A DNA stretch of 64,000 nt from Evtepia sp. GTDB taxonomy: Bacteria; Bacillota; Clostridia; Oscillospirales; Oscillospiraceae. Position numbers and translations under genes: made by a program. Below are positions 59,588 to 64,000 of the stretch, piece after piece (the stretch's first letter is position 1; the number at the start of each line of letters is the position of its first letter). Where the stretch lies: assembly GCF_034090835.1 (NCBI RefSeq), contig NZ_JAXDRS010000002.1, positions 741 to 64,740 on the forward strand. The letters are read 5' to 3'. The notes under the pieces were generated by a model that saw nothing but the letters and a program-made list of their open reading frames with translations, made no database searches and was not told the DNA's origin.

Positions 59588-59881
59588 TCACAGCTTGCGC
59601 CATTCGTCTATTTCCTTCTCATATATTTCCAAGTGGCGGCGGACGATGTTTTCCGTCAATCCTGAAACGCTCATTTTCCGCTCACCGAACAACCGGACTA
59701 TCCGGTCCAGCCTGTCACGGGTCTCCTTGCTGAGGAATACCGGCTTGCGGTCTTCAATGGCAGGCACGGGCAGGTAAATCCGCCTGTAATCCGCCAAGGC
59801 TTCCTTGCAGGTGGCCATACTCGGTTTCTGTTCTCTGGTTTCAGCCGTCATGGCCATGTTTTCTTTTTCCGTTGCCATCAT
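59588..59881 (-). CDS. DUF3408 family protein
   Basis: IEDRKPVFLS and MSVSGLTENIVRRHL. Confidence 0.8.
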   Translation of the reverse strand: MMATEKENMAMTAETREQKPSMATCKEALADYRRIYLPVPAIEDRKPVFLSKETRDRLDRIVRLFGERKMSVSGLTENIVRRHLEIYEKEIDEWRKL

Positions 59882-59889
59882 TTTTACTT

Positions 59890-60399
59890 TTATTTTTTAG
59901 GTGAATACTTCTTGTGGCCCGGTCTTTTGCCGGATTTGTTCTTTGGGGCTTCCATGCCGGGTTGCTCTTTCATGCGGAGCACCTTGGTACCGCCTTGCAG
60001 CACTTCCTCCATATTTTGGCTGATGAACTCCAGCACGTCCGATTCCTTGTAATAGGTCTTGTGACCAATCCGTTGGTAACGGAGCCTGTACTTGCTTCGG
60101 AAGCGTTGCAGCGACCGTTTGCTTGTCCTCAGCATCTCGCACAGGTCCTGGTTGTCGTACAACCGTTCCCCGTCCAGGTACTTCACTCCGGCGGCATCCT
60201 TGTTCACCAGCACCGAGATGATCCGGTCCTGGCGGTCGAAACGTTCCATGATGCGTCCCATCCATTCCTCGAAGGTGTCCCGCCCGACCGTTTCCGCCGT
60301 CTTCGGGATATTCTCCTTCTTGAAGATTCTTGCGGCTTGCCCGCCACTGCTTCCCGCCGCTTCCACGGCCGGGTTCTGTTTCACTTTCTCTGTGTCCAT
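59890..60399 (-). CDS. excisionase-like helix-turn-helix protein
   Basis: LDGERLYDNQDLCEMLRTSKRSLQRFRS. Confidence 0.85.
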   Translation of the reverse strand: MDTEKVKQNPAVEAAGSSGGQAARIFKKENIPKTAETVGRDTFEEWMGRIMERFDRQDRIISVLVNKDAAGVKYLDGERLYDNQDLCEMLRTSKRSLQRFRSKYRLRYQRIGHKTYYKESDVLEFISQNMEEVLQGGTKVLRMKEQPGMEAPKNKSGKRPGHKKYSPKK

Positions 60400-60640
60400 A
60401 TCGTTCCTTGTTGATGATTACGCTGCAAAAATCGGTATTGTGCAAGAGGCGTTTTCCATAGTCGTTACCGAGTCGGCAATGATTTTTTTGAAAAGTCCCG
60501 TCCGGCAGGTCTGAAAAAGCTTTTATGCCGCTGTTTCCATCCCTCAAGGTACATAAGGTGTCTTGCCTTACCATATATTATATATAAGGTGTGGGGCAGG
60601 GACTGGAACAGGAATGATGGGGAGATAGATGTACCCGAAG

Positions 60641-60680
60641 AACGCCAACGGCTGCCACGACAACGCCAAATGCTGCCACG
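60641..60680. repeat. tandem direct repeat (2 x 19 bp, 21-bp period)
   Basis: AACGCCAACGGCTGCCACG / AACGCCAAATGCTGCCACG between divergent HTH genes. Confidence 0.75.
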
Positions 60681-60753
60681 CGCCTGACAAGCGGTGGACT
60701 CTGCCCGTAATTCCGTTTACTTTGCGGCATAATCACAATTAAACGGTAATCTT

Positions 60754-61068
60754 ATGGAAAATGTAATCGTAATCGAGCAAAAGACTTTTGAGGAATTGAT
60801 GGCGCGTTTCAACCGGCTGGCCGGAATGGTGGACAGGTTCTGCCGCAAGGCGGAGGAGAAACGCCTCAGTGAATGGCTGGACAGCACGGAGGTGTGCCAG
60901 ATCCTGCAAATCAGCCCGCGCACCTTGCAGACGCTGCGCGACAACGGCACGCTGGCTTACTCACAGATTGTGCGCAAGATGTTCTACCGGGCGGAGGACG
61001 TGCGGCGCATCGTGCCGCTGGTGGAGGAACGCCGCACCCTGGCGGCCTTGAAAGGAAAAACTATTTGA
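60754..61068 (+). CDS. excisionase-like HTH protein
   Basis: WLDSTEVCQILQISPRTLQTLRDNG. Confidence 0.88.
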   Translation: MENVIVIEQKTFEELMARFNRLAGMVDRFCRKAEEKRLSEWLDSTEVCQILQISPRTLQTLRDNGTLAYSQIVRKMFYRAEDVRRIVPLVEERRTLAALKGKTI

Positions 61069-61105
61069 GGAAGGTTAAATGAGTATCACTTAAATCAGAC
61101 TGACA

Positions 61106-61408
61106 ATGAACGAATTGATGACAAGGGAAAGCGGACAGATGGCCGCGCTGTTCAGAATGCTGGAGCACGCATTGGACCACATTGAATTATTGGCCGAAAA
61201 CTACCGCCCCGTATTGGGCGGGGAACGCTACCTGACAGACCGGGAAGTGGCCAAATTGTTGAAGACCTGCCGCCGGACATTGCAGGAATACCGGGATGCG
61301 GGGCGCATGTCTTATATCCAGCTGGGAGGGAAAATCCTGTACCGGGAGTCGGATATCGAACGGCTGCTGATGGAGGGTTATCGGGAGGCATTCCGTATCG
61401 GAACCTGA
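61106..61408 (+). CDS. excisionase-like HTH protein
   Basis: GERYLTDREVAKLLKTCRRTLQEYRDAG. Confidence 0.88.
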   Translation: MNELMTRESGQMAALFRMLEHALDHIELLAENYRPVLGGERYLTDREVAKLLKTCRRTLQEYRDAGRMSYIQLGGKILYRESDIERLLMEGYREAFRIGT

Positions 61409-61529
61409 GAAGGACATGGGAAAAATGTAGGTGGCGGTAGAAGTCGTGTACGCATTGAAAAGTGGACCACCCTTTCCGGTATTTGCAAAAAACACTTGCA
61501 AATGACCCGGCCACCTGTAGGAATGTACG

Positions 61530-61575
61530 AAAGCGGCGCATCACGGGAGATAATCCTCTCATGATGCGCCGCTTT
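61530..61575. terminator. bidirectional terminator
   Basis: AAAGCGGCGCATCA...TGATGCGCCGCTTT between convergent genes. Confidence 0.8.
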
Positions 61576-61599
61576 ATTGTGCGTGAGTTGATAATACGG

Positions 61600-61989
61600 T
61601 CAATTCCGCACCATTTGCCAATGCGGACTGACCGGAAAGATGAACAGGCGGGCGGTATTCCGTCCACCGTGGCAAGTGAATTTTCCGATGACCCGTTCTC
61701 GCAGACGTTTTGCCCCGCAGGTATGAAGGCGGAAGGCAAGGGCAATGACCAACGGGAGGCCGTACAGCACGTCCATCCCGTACCCGTCCGCTTGGCGGAC
61801 ACGACGTTCCGCTTCGCCGGGATTCAGGATGCCGCTCTTGTACACGGCCTTTATCGCCGCCCGGAGCGTGAGGGCAACCACGCCGAACAGTTCCATCAGT
61901 TCCGGTTCATTCATCCAGATGGCTGTTGCGGAAACATCCGGCACGTGAAGTGTGCCGTGTTCGTCCAAAGTGATAATGTAACGTTCCAT
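61600..61989 (-). CDS. hypothetical protein (RhuM-like, common after tandem integrases)
   Basis: IWMNEPELMELFGV, AIKAVYKSG, YGLPLVIALAFR. Confidence 0.7.
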   Translation of the reverse strand: MERYIITLDEHGTLHVPDVSATAIWMNEPELMELFGVVALTLRAAIKAVYKSGILNPGEAERRVRQADGYGMDVLYGLPLVIALAFRLHTCGAKRLRERVIGKFTCHGGRNTARLFIFPVSPHWQMVRN

Positions 61990-62006
61990 GATTCCTGACT
62001 TTTTTG

Positions 62007-63218
62007 TTATTCATCCATTGGCATTTCGTTCCGGCTGTTGCGCCGTTCCATCAGACGGTCCATGTCCTTCGATATCTTGCAGTCGGTAATCTGCGCATAA
62101 ATCTGGGTGCTGTTGATGTCGGCATGGCCCATCATCTTCGCCGCGCTTTCTATGGAAATGCCCTCGGAGACCAAAAGGGTACCGAAGGTGTGCCTTGCGG
62201 CGTGATGGGAAAGGTTCTTCTGGATGCCCAGCATGACACCCAGCCCGTGAATGTCGTACCAAAGGATGTCCCGCTTGGGCAGGGGGAACACGGGACGGGT
62301 GTCGTCCGTGGTATTGTACAGTTCCAGAATCTGCCGAGCGGCCGGGTGCAGGGGGACGAAGGTCTCCACCTCGGTCTTTTCCCTCGGCTTGCGGATATAG
62401 AGCCTGCCCTCAGAAGTTTTGCCGATGTGTCGGGGGTACAGGTTATACACGTCCGCGTACGCCAGACCGGTCAGCGAGGAGAAGATGAACATGCGGCGGG
62501 CCAGCTCCACCTTGGGATCCGGCATCGGCGTGGCCATAAGGCGTTTCAGCTCGCTGCGGCTGATGTGGCGCATCTTGGGCGGGTCCTTCTTCTCATAATG
62601 CACGTCCTCCAAGGGGTTGCACCGGAGCACGCCCTCATCCACCGCAATATAGATAAGGCGGTTCAGCCAGCACAGGCAGTGGTTCACATGCCCGGAGGCA
62701 TAACCCAGTTCCTTTTTCAGGAACAGTTTGAACGAATGGCCGAACTCCTCCGTGATGTCGGAAAAGGCGATGTCCTCCAGGCCACGGGACTGGAGGAACT
62801 GTTGCAGGTTGAGCTGCGTGGTCTTCGACTGCCGGAACGTGGAAGTCGAATGGATTTGTTCGGCACGCAGCCTGAGCCGTTCCCGCTCCGCTTCGCCGCC
62901 TTTGAGAAGGGTCTGGGGAATGGTCGCCACACCTGTCACGGCGTTTTTCAGCAGTTCGGCGCTGACTGCGCCCTGTTCTTTCAGGAGGCGGTCATAAGCC
63001 CGTTCGAGATTCAGGCGGAATTCTGCGAGGCGGTTGTTCTCGCGGGGCTGGCGGATGGTTCCCGTCTGGCTGTTCCAATCCTCCGGACGGCAGAAGATGC
63101 CGGTCGTGATGAGGATGCTTTTGCCGTCGATGGACACACGGCAAAGGACGGCGGTCGTGCCGTCGGACTTGATTCTTTTCCTATTGATATAGGGCAATAT
63201 CTTGAAAGTGCTACGCAT
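62007..63218 (-). CDS. tyrosine integrase
   Basis: MRSTFKIL arm-binding N-terminus, TGLAYAD, HAARHTFG, MGHADINSTQIYA. Confidence 0.93.
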   Translation of the reverse strand: MRSTFKILPYINRKRIKSDGTTAVLCRVSIDGKSILITTGIFCRPEDWNSQTGTIRQPRENNRLAEFRLNLERAYDRLLKEQGAVSAELLKNAVTGVATIPQTLLKGGEAERERLRLRAEQIHSTSTFRQSKTTQLNLQQFLQSRGLEDIAFSDITEEFGHSFKLFLKKELGYASGHVNHCLCWLNRLIYIAVDEGVLRCNPLEDVHYEKKDPPKMRHISRSELKRLMATPMPDPKVELARRMFIFSSLTGLAYADVYNLYPRHIGKTSEGRLYIRKPREKTEVETFVPLHPAARQILELYNTTDDTRPVFPLPKRDILWYDIHGLGVMLGIQKNLSHHAARHTFGTLLVSEGISIESAAKMMGHADINSTQIYAQITDCKISKDMDRLMERRNSRNEMPMDE

Positions 63219-63282
63219 GATGGTTCATTTTAGCTGATGTTCTACATTTATTTTTTTCCAATCTCGTTTTTACAACCCTTTC

Positions 63283-64000
63283 TCATAAAACCAGTTCAAG
63301 GTCTTTGGTCGCCTCAATGAAGCGGTCCATGTCCTCGAACAGCTTTTTCGGGGTGACTCGGGCATAGATCTGGGTCGTCTTTATATTGTTATGTCCCAGC
63401 ATCTTGCTGATGGTCTCGATGGGCACGCCCTCTTCGAGCGTGACAAGCGAGGCAAACGAGTGCCTTCCCATATGATAGACGAGTTCGGTCGTCAGTCCGG
63501 CCAGCACGCGCAGGATTTTCATGTTCGCCCGAAGCGTACTGTACAGCTGGTTAGGGAACAGGGTCTCCCGCAAATCGTCCCGGTATTTCTCTATCAGGGC
63601 AATGGCCTCGGGTAGCAGTTTGACGCGCGCCGTCAGTTCGTTCTTTTTCCGTCGGTATTTCAACCACAGGCTGCCTTCATCGTCGGTGAAGAGGTTCTCG
63701 CGGGTAATGGATATGGTGTCCGCATAGGCGGTTCCGGCATAACAGGCAAACAGGAACAGGTCCCTCGTAAGGACGAGGGAGCGGCGCTTTTCCGGGATTT
63801 CCAAGTCACGCAGCTTCTCGAAGTCCTCGCGGCTCAACGCCTTCGGGGTGGTCTCCTTCTGCTTGGGTATCTTGAAATGCAGGAAATGGTACCGCTCGGA
63901 GAACCCTTCCTTGTACGCTATCCGGCAGATCCGTTTCAGCAGGGCCAGATGATGCCGTGAGGTCTGGTTGGAATACCCGCATTTTACTTCGATATAGGAC
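63283..64000 (-). CDS. tyrosine integrase, 3' part (start outside the window)
   Basis: AGTAYAD, HMGRHSFAS, LGHNNIKTTQIYA; the frame stays open to the window edge. Confidence 0.9.
   Translation of the reverse strand, partial: SYIEVKCGYSNQTSRHHLALLKRICRIAYKEGFSERYHFLHFKIPKQKETTPKALSREDFEKLRDLEIPEKRRSLVLTRDLFLFACYAGTAYADTISITRENLFTDDEGSLWLKYRRKKNELTARVKLLPEAIALIEKYRDDLRETLFPNQLYSTLRANMKILRVLAGLTTELVYHMGRHSFASLVTLEEGVPIETISKMLGHNNIKTTQIYARVTPKKLFEDMDRFIEATKDLELVL

Larger units (their letters stand above)
43850..64000 (-). mobile_element. Bacteroidales conjugative-transposon/ICE-like element with polysaccharide-locus cargo (partial)
   Basis: Gene order int-int-hyp-HTHs-DUF3408-DUF4099-topB-DUF1896-methylase/helicase; AT-rich starts without Shine-Dalgarno sequences; TAnnTTTG promoter motifs. 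Confidence 0.8.

Overview
The window joins two very different blocks. Bases 1 to ~43,850 look like a high-GC Clostridia (Oscillospiraceae/Flavonifractor-like) chromosome. That block holds a sigma-54-driven phloretin/DAPG-hydrolase + MFS unit, a lower-GC cupin-TRAP island, rpsB-tsf, the TIGR03960/03936 radical SAM pair, csaB, feoB, rsmH, tRNA-Ser(GGA), a Xer-type recombinase with a dif/lox-like site directly upstream, yajC-tgt-queA, asd-dapA and pcrA, plus several broken or hybrid genes. From ~43,850 to the end the DNA is a Bacteroidales conjugative-transposon-like element (tandem integrases, excisionase-like HTHs, DUF3408, DUF4099/3945, topoisomerase III, DUF1896, a giant methylase/SNF2 helicase) carrying the start of a capsule/EPS locus (tyrosine recombinase, upxY, wza, wzc). 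The junction falls in frame inside wzc and is probably an assembly chimera. The strongest non-coding signals are (1) two tandem invertible promoter cassettes upstream of upxY, built from four recombinase core sites with two different spacers and both currently facing away from upxY; (2) a ~90-nt RteR-like small-RNA candidate downstream of topB with perfect complements in two leaders of the same element; (3) the symmetric dif/lox-like site before the Xer gene; and (4) a chain of overlapping perfect palindromes upstream of the TRAP operon. All family assignments come from motif recognition only; no searches were run.
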